A DNA stretch of 64,000 nt, from the IMG/VR virus record IMGVR_UViG_3300048997_000130, positions 32,001-96,000 of that record. One strand, 5' to 3'. Source of the stretch: a virus. This document shows positions 1 to 10,971 of this stretch, piece after piece (position 1 is the stretch's first letter; every line of letters begins with the position of its first letter). The notes under the pieces were generated by a model. It saw only the letters and a list, made by a program, of their open reading frames with translations. It did no database searches and was not told the DNA's origin. Made by a program: the position numbers and the translations under genes.

Positions 1-206
1 GAATCCGCGGCACTTATAGAGCCGGATCCATTATTACCATATCCGGAAAACCCACCACTACTGATCATAGCAACGCGTATGGATTGCGAAGCTTCTCTGC
101 GAGCTTGTTTTTCTAGTTTAGTGAGTTGACGAGTCGGAACCGATTGGACATCCACGTGTTTAACTGGATGACCTACTCGAGTTTTGTTACGGGATTTGTT
201 AGCCAT
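1..206 (-). CDS. 5' end of a CDS running off the window (possibly portal protein)
   Basis: Hand translation from ATG at 206: MANKSRNKTRVGHPVKHVDVQSVPTRQLTKLEKQARREASQSIRVAMISSGG..., open to the window edge. Portal is only a positional guess (downstream of terminase). Confidence 0.5.
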   Translation of the reverse strand, partial: MANKSRNKTRVGHPVKHVDVQSVPTRQLTKLEKQARREASQSIRVAMISSGGFSGYGNNGSGSISAAD

Positions 207-236
207 ATTTTATGAAGCCGTCCTAAAAAGATAGTA

Positions 237-809
237 TTATTCAAAAGCGGGAGGTGAATTAATATTATCTTCCACAGAAGCAAATACCGTTGAGGAAACT
301 GATTGCCATCGACGAACAGTACGAATAAGCAGTTTAGAGGCCGCCGAAATCTTCCCTAATAATATAACGGGATCAGGGAACCCAGGGTTTATAGGAGTTT
401 CGTTCAATATTTGAACAGATTCTTGAAGCAAAATATGAGCCGTGTAAATCTTGCCTAATGCAAGCTCGATGGATTCCAATTTATTATCTGCAGGAGGATT
501 TAATTTTTCGAGACGAGTTTTATAATTAATAATAATCGCCAATAAACCATGTGAAACGTTAGCAATTATTCGAGCATTACTAACTGGACGAATTCTATCT
601 AATATCCGATGTCTAGATACGGCGTTGGCTGTAATAGTTTTATGTAGCTTATCCAAGCTATTCAGAGATTTCAATAATGAATGGATAGATGATTCCAGAA
701 CATGCAGTGCATTCGAATAATCAGTAGATATTATTCGAAATTCATTATGCTCTCGAGCTCGAGCTGATTTAATCTGTCGTTTCCTGCGAGAATCTGATAA
801 ATCGGACAC
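237..809 (-). CDS. hypothetical protein (helical)
   Basis: 190-aa ORF co-oriented with the terminase block; no recognised motif. Confidence 0.6.
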   Translation of the reverse strand: MSDLSDSRRKRQIKSARAREHNEFRIISTDYSNALHVLESSIHSLLKSLNSLDKLHKTITANAVSRHRILDRIRPVSNARIIANVSHGLLAIIINYKTRLEKLNPPADNKLESIELALGKIYTAHILLQESVQILNETPINPGFPDPVILLGKISAASKLLIRTVRRWQSVSSTVFASVEDNINSPPAFE

Positions 810-828
810 ATATAACCTTACTCAATAT

Positions 829-1077
829 TTAAATTGACCAAGACATTAATTCTAGTTTCTTGGGAGCAATTAAAGTGTCTATCGATTGTTCTAGATATGT
901 GAAATTGGATATATCACCATTCATTAATTGCTCCCAAGATCCACCTAGTCGATGGAATGACTGGCAAATATTGATTATCTCTGGATCTTCCAATTCAATA
1001 TCAGATCCCCAGGTATGATCTATTATTTGACGAATAATCCGATAAGCAGTAGTATCTCGTATACCGATTTTATCCAT
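829..1077 (-). CDS. hypothetical protein
   Basis: 82-aa ORF tightly packed between co-oriented genes. Confidence 0.55.
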   Translation of the reverse strand: MDKIGIRDTTAYRIIRQIIDHTWGSDIELEDPEIINICQSFHRLGGSWEQLMNGDISNFTYLEQSIDTLIAPKKLELMSWSI

Positions 1078-1104
1078 TCCAAAATTTGGAATTTAACAAC
1101 AAGT

Positions 1105-4100
1105 TTATCTTCTACGATATTTAGGTATACGGCGTTCTTTTGGTGGAAGACCATGTAAATAAGATCGATTCCGCTGGAATTGATGATATCCAACAGACAC
1201 CGGCCGAGTGATTACATTAGTATTAATATCACCCATCAATAAAGCAGATGGATTCTCACGAATATATTCAGCAGCTAAATATGCACTACGTACAAGCGAA
1301 TCTGAAAAATCATCGTGTTTCCCTAACATATCTGGAGCTTCAACTACTAAAATATTCTTTCCGCCGGATGTAGCTTGAAGCTCTAACAATTCTCGAATAT
1401 GCGGTGAGTGACGAATTTGAATTGATGCTAAAGAGTTGTCGATTTCTGGAAGTGGATAATCATATAAAGCTAGTTGTCGGCTATACATCAACATCTTAGC
1501 AGTCTGATACATGACCGAGCTATCAGATGTTGTGAAATTTTTCATATCAAATTGAATTAAACCGGCTTTATGTAATTTTTGTTCAAATATAATGCCAGCC
1601 CATTGATCAAATAAACCTCTTTGAATATAGAATCGCTTCGAAATAATTACTAACCAGTTAATTATTTCATCTAAATCTAACTTTGATTGATCTTGAAGCG
1701 TTAGAGCATATGGTACTAATGGAGTAGATAAGTGTGGATTAATTTCTTTCCAATTCCGACCTGCATACCACATTTCATGGTAACCAAGTTGAATTTTCCC
1801 ATTATTGATATGAGTCAAAGATATTGAAGTCCCGTCTTTGACCAAAGCAAAATCAAGTCCAGCAAAGAATGGTTCCCGAGGATTCCCACGGATCAAAGGA
1901 CGTAAATCAGCCACACAACAATCCAATAAGTCATGAGCATTTTCGATCCAACCGCGGATACGATCTGAGAATTGAGCGCCATATTCTGTTTCGAATCCAT
2001 TAGGATCCTTGGCAAATTCTATTTCATATTCCATCGGATCAATGGTCGGATTCACTTCCCAAGTAGGGGCTTGAATCATCAACATATTGGACGATGCGAT
2101 ACCATTCGAAAGCGCTAATTCATATAATTTATAGAACAATCCAGCCTTCGGACCAGGCGAAGAAATACAAATCATTCGACCGTCACTGGGTCCAATAGGA
2201 ATGCGCCGATCGTTGGCGTCTTTAGGTGAAAATTGCTTTAAAGAAGGCGACATCGCCTTATACACTTGTTCGTCGGAGCTTTTTCCGTCATTGATGAAAA
2301 AAGCGAATTCGTCAAGAATACAACAAATAACGCCACGACCACGAAGACCTTTGGCGACTGAACTTTTAAATGTCGATGTTATAGTTGCTTTTCGCGCGTC
2401 ATCTTTAAATTTTTCGTTATCATTAGCAGTCCGGAACTTCATATATACTTGCGTATCATGAGTCATGGAACTTTTGAAATAATCTACTTGAGCAACATGG
2501 CTAGACATTTCACCATAAACAATGCTAGCTTGGTCTTTATCATTGGCTATGCAAAATAATCGAATCTCAGATCCAGGGAGCATGCCATAATATGCTTGCG
2601 GACAATAACGACGAAGAAGTTTATATGTTTCATAAGCAGAAATTAATCCAGCCAAAGCGCTGTTATGATTAGTCATACCATTCGCAACAAATGACTCACC
2701 ATTTGGCACTGTCAAATCATAGACTCTGCATTTATCTTGACCAATCGTTACAACGGGATCAAAATAATAATTATTATTTTGAAGTGTCTCAAGTTCTGCA
2801 ATAAGAACTGGGTCTGCAAAATATTCTTTCGCTTTCTGAATTACCCGATGCAGTCTTATGTAACTTATATTTTCTCCTGAACCAGGCTTTGCGACGTTTC
2901 CGCATGTTTCTTTTAACCAAGTTCGTTTCCTATTAGGAACACTTCCGGATTTGTTATTACATGCAATCGGGATAGATTGTATTAACTTGCGTAAACGTTC
3001 TTTTTGAAATGGAATAGCTTCAGTATCAGAATGCCCATTATTACCGTCTTCAATCCCTCGAATCAGTATTTTTCGTTTTCTATCCGTTATAAATCCAATT
3101 TGCTCAGCAAACAACTTCCTCGATTCATATCCAAGGATATGAATGCAATAATAATATCGCTTATATTTCTTATTCCATTTCTGACGGATTCTAGATATGA
3201 TTCCGAAATTCAGAAGGAGTATTTGGATTTCTGTCGCTAAACGAGTAGAAGCCGTACAAGCACTAATAAGCGATCCTGATTTTTCAAGACCTCCGTCTGT
3301 CTCAAAGAATCCTCTTAAAAATGCCGCTACAACAGATTTTGGACTTTTAAAAATCGACCACGGAACATGCTTATTGCTAGGTTTAGATGAATCATATCCA
3401 AGAAGCCTCAAAAGCTTTCTTACAGCTGTGGAATATATAGATATTGACCAAGGAAATTTTGGACATGTGGATGATCGAGATTTCTTCCTGTATATTGTGT
3501 GATGATCAAATTCGCTGTCTAGTAATAATTCGACAAATTCACGAAGTTCTTCGCATCCACCGGTTATTTGAATAGAGCTGGTTCGTCCCCATGTTCCATC
3601 ACCGACCAATAATCCGAGCAATAATCCCCAGCGTTCATTTAAAATATCAGGAAATTGAATATTACGACGATTGCAATATTTATATTTATCAAATGGGATA
3701 TGGGTTGGCAACCACTCAATGGTTGATCCCGATCGTTTATTAAACAGAACCTTGCGGAAAATTATTCCAAATTTGGCACGCAATGTTGCCAGTAATTTTT
3801 GCAGTTCAGGAATCGACATTCCGAGTTGCTTTGCAACCTCAGCTCGAGACATCGTGACTGGATCATCCAATAAACGGAGCCATTCACAAAATTTTTCTTT
3901 ATTAAGTTGTGGCCGGCTCAAGTGTGGAGGTATTAGACATTGTTCATGGAACTGTTGAATTGATAAATAATCTTGAGTCCATAAATCAGTATTCCTGTGA
4001 ATGGCAACAAAATCGCCGGTTTGAATATCTGTTAGATATTTCCAAGTTACCACTCCATCATGACCGAGGACTTTAATTCGATGATTATCAGTCCCTGTAA

Positions 4101-4707
4101 TATTATAACCACAGTAAGTCGTTATTGATTTAACATCACGAACACCATCATTATAAAATTTAGCAGATTTGCTATAATGCTTACGACCTTCTTGGGCTAC
4201 TGTTACGTTCAAATCTTGCCATTCTGGTCCAGCAGGGTCTCCGAGTTCCTGGATTGATATAATACCTTTCTCAGTTAAAACTAAAGTATCACCTTTCACA
4301 CATTTCCCACTTCTCCTACCGATTGCCAAAATCAGTTCGTGGCGTTCTTTTTTATCTTGTTCTTTAATATTGCATCGACCATTATCATACAAATATCTGA
4401 GATACTGGACTTCAGTTAAATCAACAACATCTTTTTTCCGGAAAGTTGATGAAACTCGTATTCTATCAGATGGTTTTTCCGGAAGTATAGTATCCAACTG
4501 AATATTATAATATATTTTAAGAATAAATTTCTGGACTGGATATAGTCCATTAGGTATTAAATTAAATTGATCAATAAATTCAATAATATTTAAGAATTGT
4601 GGATTATATTCATCTTTATCTGGAGTTTTATGTTTTCGCTTCTCATGTAAGAATTTATCAAGTGTTCCAGATAAATCACTTTTATCACGCTTTTCATTAC
4701 TAGGCAT
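1105..4707 (-). CDS. terL: terminase large subunit, intein-containing
   Basis: Walker A GRRSGK/S (interrupted by intein), adenine-binding LYPVQK, Walker B CILDEFAF, RCISSP coupling motif, RNase H-like nuclease with FAGLDFA and KHDDFSDS. Confidence 0.9.
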   Translation of the reverse strand: MPSNEKRDKSDLSGTLDKFLHEKRKHKTPDKDEYNPQFLNIIEFIDQFNLIPNGLYPVQKFILKIYYNIQLDTILPEKPSDRIRVSSTFRKKDVVDLTEVQYLRYLYDNGRCNIKEQDKKERHELILAIGRRSGKCVKGDTLVLTEKGIISIQELGDPAGPEWQDLNVTVAQEGRKHYSKSAKFYNDGVRDVKSITTYCGYNITGTDNHRIKVLGHDGVVTWKYLTDIQTGDFVAIHRNTDLWTQDYLSIQQFHEQCLIPPHLSRPQLNKEKFCEWLRLLDDPVTMSRAEVAKQLGMSIPELQKLLATLRAKFGIIFRKVLFNKRSGSTIEWLPTHIPFDKYKYCNRRNIQFPDILNERWGLLLGLLVGDGTWGRTSSIQITGGCEELREFVELLLDSEFDHHTIYRKKSRSSTCPKFPWSISIYSTAVRKLLRLLGYDSSKPSNKHVPWSIFKSPKSVVAAFLRGFFETDGGLEKSGSLISACTASTRLATEIQILLLNFGIISRIRQKWNKKYKRYYYCIHILGYESRKLFAEQIGFITDRKRKILIRGIEDGNNGHSDTEAIPFQKERLRKLIQSIPIACNNKSGSVPNRKRTWLKETCGNVAKPGSGENISYIRLHRVIQKAKEYFADPVLIAELETLQNNNYYFDPVVTIGQDKCRVYDLTVPNGESFVANGMTNHNSALAGLISAYETYKLLRRYCPQAYYGMLPGSEIRLFCIANDKDQASIVYGEMSSHVAQVDYFKSSMTHDTQVYMKFRTANDNEKFKDDARKATITSTFKSSVAKGLRGRGVICCILDEFAFFINDGKSSDEQVYKAMSPSLKQFSPKDANDRRIPIGPSDGRMICISSPGPKAGLFYKLYELALSNGIASSNMLMIQAPTWEVNPTIDPMEYEIEFAKDPNGFETEYGAQFSDRIRGWIENAHDLLDCCVADLRPLIRGNPREPFFAGLDFALVKDGTSISLTHINNGKIQLGYHEMWYAGRNWKEINPHLSTPLVPYALTLQDQSKLDLDEIINWLVIISKRFYIQRGLFDQWAGIIFEQKLHKAGLIQFDMKNFTTSDSSVMYQTAKMLMYSRQLALYDYPLPEIDNSLASIQIRHSPHIRELLELQATSGGKNILVVEAPDMLGKHDDFSDSLVRSAYLAAEYIRENPSALLMGDINTNVITRPVSVGYHQFQRNRSYLHGLPPKERRIPKYRRR
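2662..4302 (-). mobile_element. intein with LAGLIDADG homing endonuclease in terL (547 aa)
   Basis: Starts CVKGDT after Walker A Lys, ends VYDLTVPNGESFVANGMTNHN followed by Ser; LAGLIDADG blocks LGLLVGDG and FLRGFFETDG. Confidence 0.92.
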
Positions 4708-4779
4708 TAGAATTAATATTGTTCAAGAGGCCGTGCCGATAATGTAAAATTGAAATATAATACCAAAAGATCTAATTGT

Positions 4780-5394
4780 TTAAGTATCAATCCCAGCCAT
4801 ATCCATTTTTTTCTCCCAATCCACCATATCTTTCTTCATTTGTTGGAAAACAATATCAATTATACGTGGTTCAATACCGACTTTTTCCATAGAATTATGG
4901 AAAAAATCTAACCACACTTTAAAAACTGCTTGAAAACGCTCAGATTTGAGATCCAAACGTTCATTCAAAGCGACTTCTTTGCGTTTTAGAAGAAGATCAG
5001 CAAGGCTTTTTAATGAATGCGTACGGCTAATAGTGTAGTTAGCCGTATTTTTCCCTTCTTTAGTAGCTTTCCGGCGCTCAAATTTAAGATGAGCGAGTTC
5101 TTCGGAAATTTCAAGAAGAATAACATCAATAATATCTATAGTACTAGCTTTATTAGAAACCGCCTTAACTAATTCTTGATTCTGAACATATCTCGTACGC
5201 TCTTGGATTTCTCTATCAATTTGTACAGGATCAAGTATATCAGTAGTTGGAACCTCCCCAGCAGCCCCGACTATATAATTGGCTTCAATATCCGGTAGAT
5301 CTTTTGGATCTATTCGTTTTCCTTGACGAATAAAAACGATTTTATCATTTGGATCGTTTTTATTATCATTCCCGTCTCCGGGTCCATCGCCCAT
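4780..5394 (-). CDS. hypothetical protein, possible terminase small subunit
   Basis: 204-aa helical ORF immediately upstream of terL; assignment is positional only. Confidence 0.4.
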   Translation of the reverse strand: MGDGPGDGNDNKNDPNDKIVFIRQGKRIDPKDLPDIEANYIVGAAGEVPTTDILDPVQIDREIQERTRYVQNQELVKAVSNKASTIDIIDVILLEISEELAHLKFERRKATKEGKNTANYTISRTHSLKSLADLLLKRKEVALNERLDLKSERFQAVFKVWLDFFHNSMEKVGIEPRIIDIVFQQMKKDMVDWEKKMDMAGIDT

Positions 5395-5414
5395 AAATGA
5401 CTATACCTATAACA

Positions 5415-7379
5415 TCATTCATCAATTATCTTGATTGGCAATTGAATATCCAGCATTGTTCTTCTTGGATTAATTTCTACAACCATTTCAGAAGCTAATT
5501 CATATTTTTCAACTGGATTTTCCACAGGCAAATTAACAAGCACCGGCAATTTCCGGCGTTCATTAGCTTCTGCACGGATGGAATCCGGGATTTGTCTAAT
5601 CATAGATTTGGCATATTTAGAACACCAACTCGGATGAGTTTGATATACACATCCAGTACAAGATGAACCTGCTAAAATATGTTCCGGTAGACTCCGTTTT
5701 AACTGAGATGCTCCAACAGAACATCCTTTCCCATAATCCGAATAAACAGTTGGATCAATAAAATAATGACCTTGGATTCCATCGTCCATGGCTAATTGTG
5801 ACACAATAGTAGATGGAATCTTGGCTAAATCTACAGCAGCATATCGGCTTAAAATAGAATATTGTAGTTGAGACCCGGATAGTCCGTTATTCATCATCTT
5901 GGAAATAGAAATACGAACTTCTTCGGGATTAATAAAAGTACTTCGAACTTTGTCATGGACATCACCATGGTGGAATGATAACTTAGGGGCGATTTGCACA
6001 TGAACAGGTTGAACAACTTCTGGCGGAATATATAAATTAACTTGAGATATTAAATTAGGCCAATCCGAATATTGTTGATTAGCCACATTAAGAAGTATAT
6101 TATGTGTTTGTTCCAAAGTCAGACGATTAGATTCTAGAGCTCTTCCGCAAGCTTGACGTAAATTATCGATCGTCAATTCAGGGCGTTTGGAGACCACTGG
6201 AGCGAACATTTGCAGTCGTGCTGCTCCATCAATATCAGTCGCCGCAACACGATATAGAAGAAAATCAAATCTATGATCGGAATTGGCTTGTAAATATTTA
6301 AATGATTGCTGGACTCCGCCGATAGCATCAACATCTAAATAAGTATGACCAATAAGCCCGTATTCCTTAGCGAGTTTACGAACTTCAGAGTCTGAAGATG
6401 CTCGAATAGAATTGGGATCGACATTCCCTTGTATCATCTTGCGTGCAGCAATCAAATACATTGCGCTTGGCATGGCCTCAGCATCAATACTGGCCATGCG
6501 ACGATCCCAAAATGACTGAATATCGGATTGTGAGATTGTCGGAACAGGCTTCTGAGCTTGCTGAATAATCGATTTGGAATTTTCAATATAAGCCCGTCTA
6601 ATTGGACGCTGGAAAGCCACTTGTAAATGGCGTTTAATATCTGAAGATGACGAATGGCGTGTGAAACAAGCAATATCTTCTTCAGATAGTCGAGATGATT
6701 CATTCAAATGTACAGAATATTGTGCCGCTAATTTAGCATCATATGGCACGTCAGCTGTTAGTCGTTTCTTGAATGAAGAACAAATCCCGTGGTTATTATG
6801 GACGCAACCGATACATTCCGATTTCGCTAAAACATAAGTGGCTTGTCCAGCAAATTTATGGACTATAGTCCGATGATCACCATCTTGAGCACATCGGGGA
6901 AAATGTGCTGAATTAATATATATGTTACCCAATAATCCACGTTCAGCGATTATGGCGTTAGCATCTTGCGCAGCTGATAGAAGCTGTTCAGGTCCAAATT
7001 CCGATTGTAATCGGACGGCAATATCCTTATCAGACAATCCTATTATAATATAAGTGGCTAAGCGATTGGCAACAGAAGCGACAGAACGGATAGGAGGATT
7101 AGTGTCGAGCGGATTGGAATTTACGACAGTGTGCGGACGCAAAGGTATGATGGACGGGACTTTATCATCTTTCCCATCCCATTGCAAAGCTTCTTGGAGC
7201 TCCGGGATACAATCCAAATTCTGTTTAGGAAGAGCTTCCATACGTCGATATTCTTCCATATCGACGGACAACCAAGAATGATCAGCTACTCCTTGATTAT
7301 GGAATAATTCCGATACATCTCCAAGACCTTCATTAGACATATCTAAAGGCTTTTTAGCCATTCCGCTCCTCCAATGCAC
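5415..7379 (-). CDS. hypothetical protein with two Cys clusters (probable head-associated)
   Basis: 654-aa ORF (probable start MAKKP at 7361 after GGAGG); two similar Cys motifs CIGCVHNNHGICSSFKK and CTGCVYQTHPSWCSKYAK. Confidence 0.6.
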   Translation of the reverse strand: MHWRSGMAKKPLDMSNEGLGDVSELFHNQGVADHSWLSVDMEEYRRMEALPKQNLDCIPELQEALQWDGKDDKVPSIIPLRPHTVVNSNPLDTNPPIRSVASVANRLATYIIIGLSDKDIAVRLQSEFGPEQLLSAAQDANAIIAERGLLGNIYINSAHFPRCAQDGDHRTIVHKFAGQATYVLAKSECIGCVHNNHGICSSFKKRLTADVPYDAKLAAQYSVHLNESSRLSEEDIACFTRHSSSSDIKRHLQVAFQRPIRRAYIENSKSIIQQAQKPVPTISQSDIQSFWDRRMASIDAEAMPSAMYLIAARKMIQGNVDPNSIRASSDSEVRKLAKEYGLIGHTYLDVDAIGGVQQSFKYLQANSDHRFDFLLYRVAATDIDGAARLQMFAPVVSKRPELTIDNLRQACGRALESNRLTLEQTHNILLNVANQQYSDWPNLISQVNLYIPPEVVQPVHVQIAPKLSFHHGDVHDKVRSTFINPEEVRISISKMMNNGLSGSQLQYSILSRYAAVDLAKIPSTIVSQLAMDDGIQGHYFIDPTVYSDYGKGCSVGASQLKRSLPEHILAGSSCTGCVYQTHPSWCSKYAKSMIRQIPDSIRAEANERRKLPVLVNLPVENPVEKYELASEMVVEINPRRTMLDIQLPIKIIDE

Positions 7380-8433
7380 TCAAACCAACAAGAACAGTCA
7401 CAGTGTCGGTAGCGCATTTCCTAAGCTGTCTAGCTATAACAGGATCATGAGCGTGTTCGATCATGGCTTCAACCAATTTATCATGAACATATGAAATGCG
7501 ACGAATAGTATTAGAAGCGGTCTTAGCAATTGGAAATATATCCATGACATCAGGAATAACGATATCATATTGATGCTTCATACATCGAATAATATCAGAT
7601 GCCAAATATTGAGGTTCATTACGTTCTTGCAAAAATGCCAGAACGTGGCGTCTAACCAAATTCTTTCGACCAAATTCCTTAAGGAATTGTTGGGTTAGGT
7701 TTTCCACCAAAGAGATATTTGTGGCAATTTTATTCATAATACTACCTGAAGACGCGTAACCAAAAGGCTGAAGATGCCAAACTTCTGGAAGAATAGGATT
7801 TTCATCTAAAAAATCAGCTTCTTCAGTGAATTGATCACTAGGAAATCCAAATGGTACAGCTAAATCTTCAACTACATATCCTGAATCAGAGTTCCCCAAC
7901 GCTCCTAAAAAATTATCCATGTAATTATCATTGAATTCCGGAGTAGGCAGTGATTCGACTTCAGGTATAAATGAATCGCTATCTTGTGTTGCATATACAC
8001 CAGAATCTTCATCTGCCCAAATATCAGATGTATTACCAATAATCATTTCGTCATAATAATCGGATCGTGATACCGGATCAGTATCATCATTTGGCAATTT
8101 CGCATTAGATATCTGAATATCTGAAGGTGGAGAAGCTAATCCATCATAAATTAGATCACTGGGTTGAGGTCCTCGAGCTGGTCTAGATATATCGCCAGGA
8201 AGCATGCCGCTAGCATGTTTAGGGCCTTGAGACAAATCTTGCGGATATCCAAGATATAGTTCAGGTTCAAAGCCCTCTACTCCATTAGTCCCGGGCAATG
8301 ATTGACCTGTTGGTTCGCGAGATTCGTCATCTTCTCCATGCAATGATGAATCTGATAGAGAGTCGTAAGTCCCTATCCCGAAAGTATCTACTGCCTTAGT
8401 GGCAGCCGAATCAGTCGGCAGAGAACTCGCCAT
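7354..8433 (-). CDS. acidic hypothetical protein
   Basis: 359 aa, D/E/P/S-rich N-terminal two-thirds, helical C-terminus. Confidence 0.6.
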   Translation of the reverse strand: MASSLPTDSAATKAVDTFGIGTYDSLSDSSLHGEDDESREPTGQSLPGTNGVEGFEPELYLGYPQDLSQGPKHASGMLPGDISRPARGPQPSDLIYDGLASPPSDIQISNAKLPNDDTDPVSRSDYYDEMIIGNTSDIWADEDSGVYATQDSDSFIPEVESLPTPEFNDNYMDNFLGALGNSDSGYVVEDLAVPFGFPSDQFTEEADFLDENPILPEVWHLQPFGYASSGSIMNKIATNISLVENLTQQFLKEFGRKNLVRRHVLAFLQERNEPQYLASDIIRCMKHQYDIVIPDVMDIFPIAKTASNTIRRISYVHDKLVEAMIEHAHDPVIARQLRKCATDTVTVLVGLSALEERNG

Positions 8434-9706
8434 GTTTATCTTGCCTTAATTCCCATAATGGATCAGTAGGAGGGCGAATTAATTTAGAATGTGGAGAAAA
8501 CGGTGGATCTGGAGCGTCGTTAGCGCGCATCCATAATACGTCATCTTCTGTTACATTGAGATCGTAATATGGCATCATTTTCTCATTACGAGATCCTGGA
8601 AGCCAAGAATATGATATTCTTGTATCAGCAAGCTGCATGGCGAAGCTTCCGAATCCGGTCACTCCATCAGCCGCTTCGTCTTCATAAATCCTGTCTAATT
8701 GAGAAAATCCTTCTCCAAGAGGATCATCTGATGGACGTTCATCTAATTCTGTAGAATATCCAAATTCTTCCGGAGATTCTCCAGGGCCAATATGCATAAC
8801 TCTCGGCCCTGGCAATGTCGATGGATCCACCGATGAATCTGCAAAACGAATATCCACCGATGAATATCTACGATGAATATCATGGAGTACCGATTGAATG
8901 GCTCCGGAATAATTTCCTTGATGGCGTTCGCCAGTAGTATCCATAAGCATCTCTACTGCTGAACACGCTTCTCCTTGAGGACCATCATCATCTGGTAATT
9001 TAGAACCTGGCTCATCGGGATCAATTACAGGTTCTTGCGATGACGAAGTCTGGGACTGGCCAGGACTAGTGTCTTCTTCTCCATCCCAACCCCAGTCATC
9101 AATAGCTTCTTCATCTCCAGCGTCTTCCTCATCCGAGTCAAATGGATTGAAATCATCTGGCGAAGGATTAGCGGTTTCTAAATCAAATTCACTTGGATCT
9201 TGAGGTACTTCAGTCTCATAAGATTGAGTTACAAAATCCTCAGGATGGGATTTAACATCTACTGCTTGTTCAATAATATCTGATGTTATTGAATCATCTT
9301 CAATAGCAGAATGCCAATGATCAGCATTAACTTCATCATGCAAAGTATCAGCAAAAGCTGACATAACTTCTACAGCTTGACTGAGTTGAGATCGAAGATC
9401 TTTAACTTTTTGAATATAACCTTTTCCTCCGAGAAGCCCATCAGGACTAAATTCAGAAGAATTCATTTTGGAGAACAGTCGTAATGCAGCTATTCCATAA
9501 CTATGGGCTCGTTCAATAGCCCATAATGTCTTGGCTAAATTCCGATGTACATCTGGATTCCATTTAAATCCTTGAACACGAATATCACGTCGTAACGGAC
9601 CTTGGTCTTTCTGGAATTGAATAACTCCAGCGGTCCGGAATTTAGTATTACACTGCAGTCCAACAATTTGTGCAGCGATTTTATTTAAATCATGATTTCG
9701 CATCAT
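8411..9706 (-). CDS. acidic hypothetical protein
   Basis: 431 aa, helical N-terminus then a very acidic, Pro-rich region; ATGA overlap with upstream gene. Confidence 0.6.
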   Translation of the reverse strand: MMRNHDLNKIAAQIVGLQCNTKFRTAGVIQFQKDQGPLRRDIRVQGFKWNPDVHRNLAKTLWAIERAHSYGIAALRLFSKMNSSEFSPDGLLGGKGYIQKVKDLRSQLSQAVEVMSAFADTLHDEVNADHWHSAIEDDSITSDIIEQAVDVKSHPEDFVTQSYETEVPQDPSEFDLETANPSPDDFNPFDSDEEDAGDEEAIDDWGWDGEEDTSPGQSQTSSSQEPVIDPDEPGSKLPDDDGPQGEACSAVEMLMDTTGERHQGNYSGAIQSVLHDIHRRYSSVDIRFADSSVDPSTLPGPRVMHIGPGESPEEFGYSTELDERPSDDPLGEGFSQLDRIYEDEAADGVTGFGSFAMQLADTRISYSWLPGSRNEKMMPYYDLNVTEDDVLWMRANDAPDPPFSPHSKLIRPPTDPLWELRQDKHGEFSAD

Positions 9707-10005
9707 GTTTCCTTTATTGGACCCTCATCATCACTTACCAAGCGTTCAATAAAATATCCACTTTCATCTTGCCCTAAATGCCAAAAATCATTTTGAGAAA
9801 GACGAACTAATTTATCATCAGCAACAAATCGGAATCCAGAAAGTTGGGAAACTGAACCCACTCGGACTTTCCCCATAGTTGCAGTTCGTAATGATTTTTT
9901 GGATGGCTCAAAAAAATCATCAATAGAACTGGATGAAAATCGGAAATCTTCGATTTTGAGGGTACTCATGTATCTGAATCCTTCTTCGGATACATGAGAC
10001 AACAA
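9703..10005 (-). CDS. hypothetical protein
   Basis: 100-aa ORF in the operon, coupled to the next gene. Confidence 0.55.
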   Translation of the reverse strand: MLSHVSEEGFRYMSTLKIEDFRFSSSSIDDFFEPSKKSLRTATMGKVRVGSVSQLSGFRFVADDKLVRLSQNDFWHLGQDESGYFIERLVSDDEGPIKET

Positions 10006-10016
10006 GTTTAATGCTA

Positions 10017-10922
10017 TCAGACTAATACATTCAATTCTACTTGAATATCTACAAAACCATTGGAAGCTGTTGGAGAACTAACTCGAACAGAGTCTTTATA
10101 TAGGCCGGGAGTAGAAGGAATGCCAGAAGGATTAATACTGAATACAGCATCACCAGACTCGCTAGAAACCAACGGGCCTCCATTAACTGGTGAAACGGTA
10201 AGCCAGGGGGATGTATTATGCACTTTAGAAGCCAGCCAATTTAAAATGGAATTGGCGGGTCCAGCATTTTGAATACTAACTGTTGCTGGACTAGAACCAG
10301 AAGAAGTAGACAAGAAGTAGACAAGATTCACAAGTGGAGGTGATATCGCTATTATAGGACGAGGGAGAACGTTAATAATGAAATCCAGAGAAATCTGCGT
10401 AGCAGGAATACGATTATCTTGCAAATGAACCGTTCCTAAATATGGAGAATCCGATTCAAATAACGAAGCAGTTAATAATGTGACGTTAAAATAATCAGAT
10501 TGATTTTTACCGAGTCCAGGAATGGAAACTGGACTGGAACGTAGCCAAGGTACGCTAGGTGTTGAAATCACAGTCAAAAATGAACCAAAAGCACCGGCAT
10601 TAAATATGCCAATATTAGCAACGGATTTATTGGAGTCGCCTTCAACAATAGTTATATTGTAAGCATTGATACTAGGATCAATCAAAGCTACCAAGGGAGA
10701 TAATTGCTGTTGAATCTCAGATAGAGATTCTGCCATGGACGTAATTATATCTCCCGGAATAGGAATGGCAGTTTGAATCAGAGGACCATAAGGAGTGTTG
10801 ATGTCAGTCAATTCATACAATTGACCACCACCTTGAATATTATTGGCACGAATGGCCCAACGCCATATTCCTCCAATAGAAGTCTTCTGGAAAATAAAAC
10901 CGCCACCTTGAACAATGTTCAT
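10017..10922 (-). CDS. BACON/Ig-like domain structural protein
   Basis: Two beta-rich repeats with PWL-x-x-SP motifs (VPWLRSSPVS, SPWLTVSPVNG) typical of BACON/Ig-like folds. Confidence 0.55.
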   Translation of the reverse strand: MNIVQGGGFIFQKTSIGGIWRWAIRANNIQGGGQLYELTDINTPYGPLIQTAIPIPGDIITSMAESLSEIQQQLSPLVALIDPSINAYNITIVEGDSNKSVANIGIFNAGAFGSFLTVISTPSVPWLRSSPVSIPGLGKNQSDYFNVTLLTASLFESDSPYLGTVHLQDNRIPATQISLDFIINVLPRPIIAISPPLVNLVYFLSTSSGSSPATVSIQNAGPANSILNWLASKVHNTSPWLTVSPVNGGPLVSSESGDAVFSINPSGIPSTPGLYKDSVRVSSPTASNGFVDIQVELNVLV

Positions 10923-10971
10923 ATATCAACCTGTTTGAAAAGAAGGCGATAGAATAAAAGAGATATTAACC

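Noticed and set aside
2201-3958. Plus-strand ORFs inside terL, and similar shadow ORFs inside dnaX, nrdJ, purZ, the endolysin and the 62-64 kb genes
   Set aside because: Antisense or alternate-frame to well-supported genes, with no motifs.
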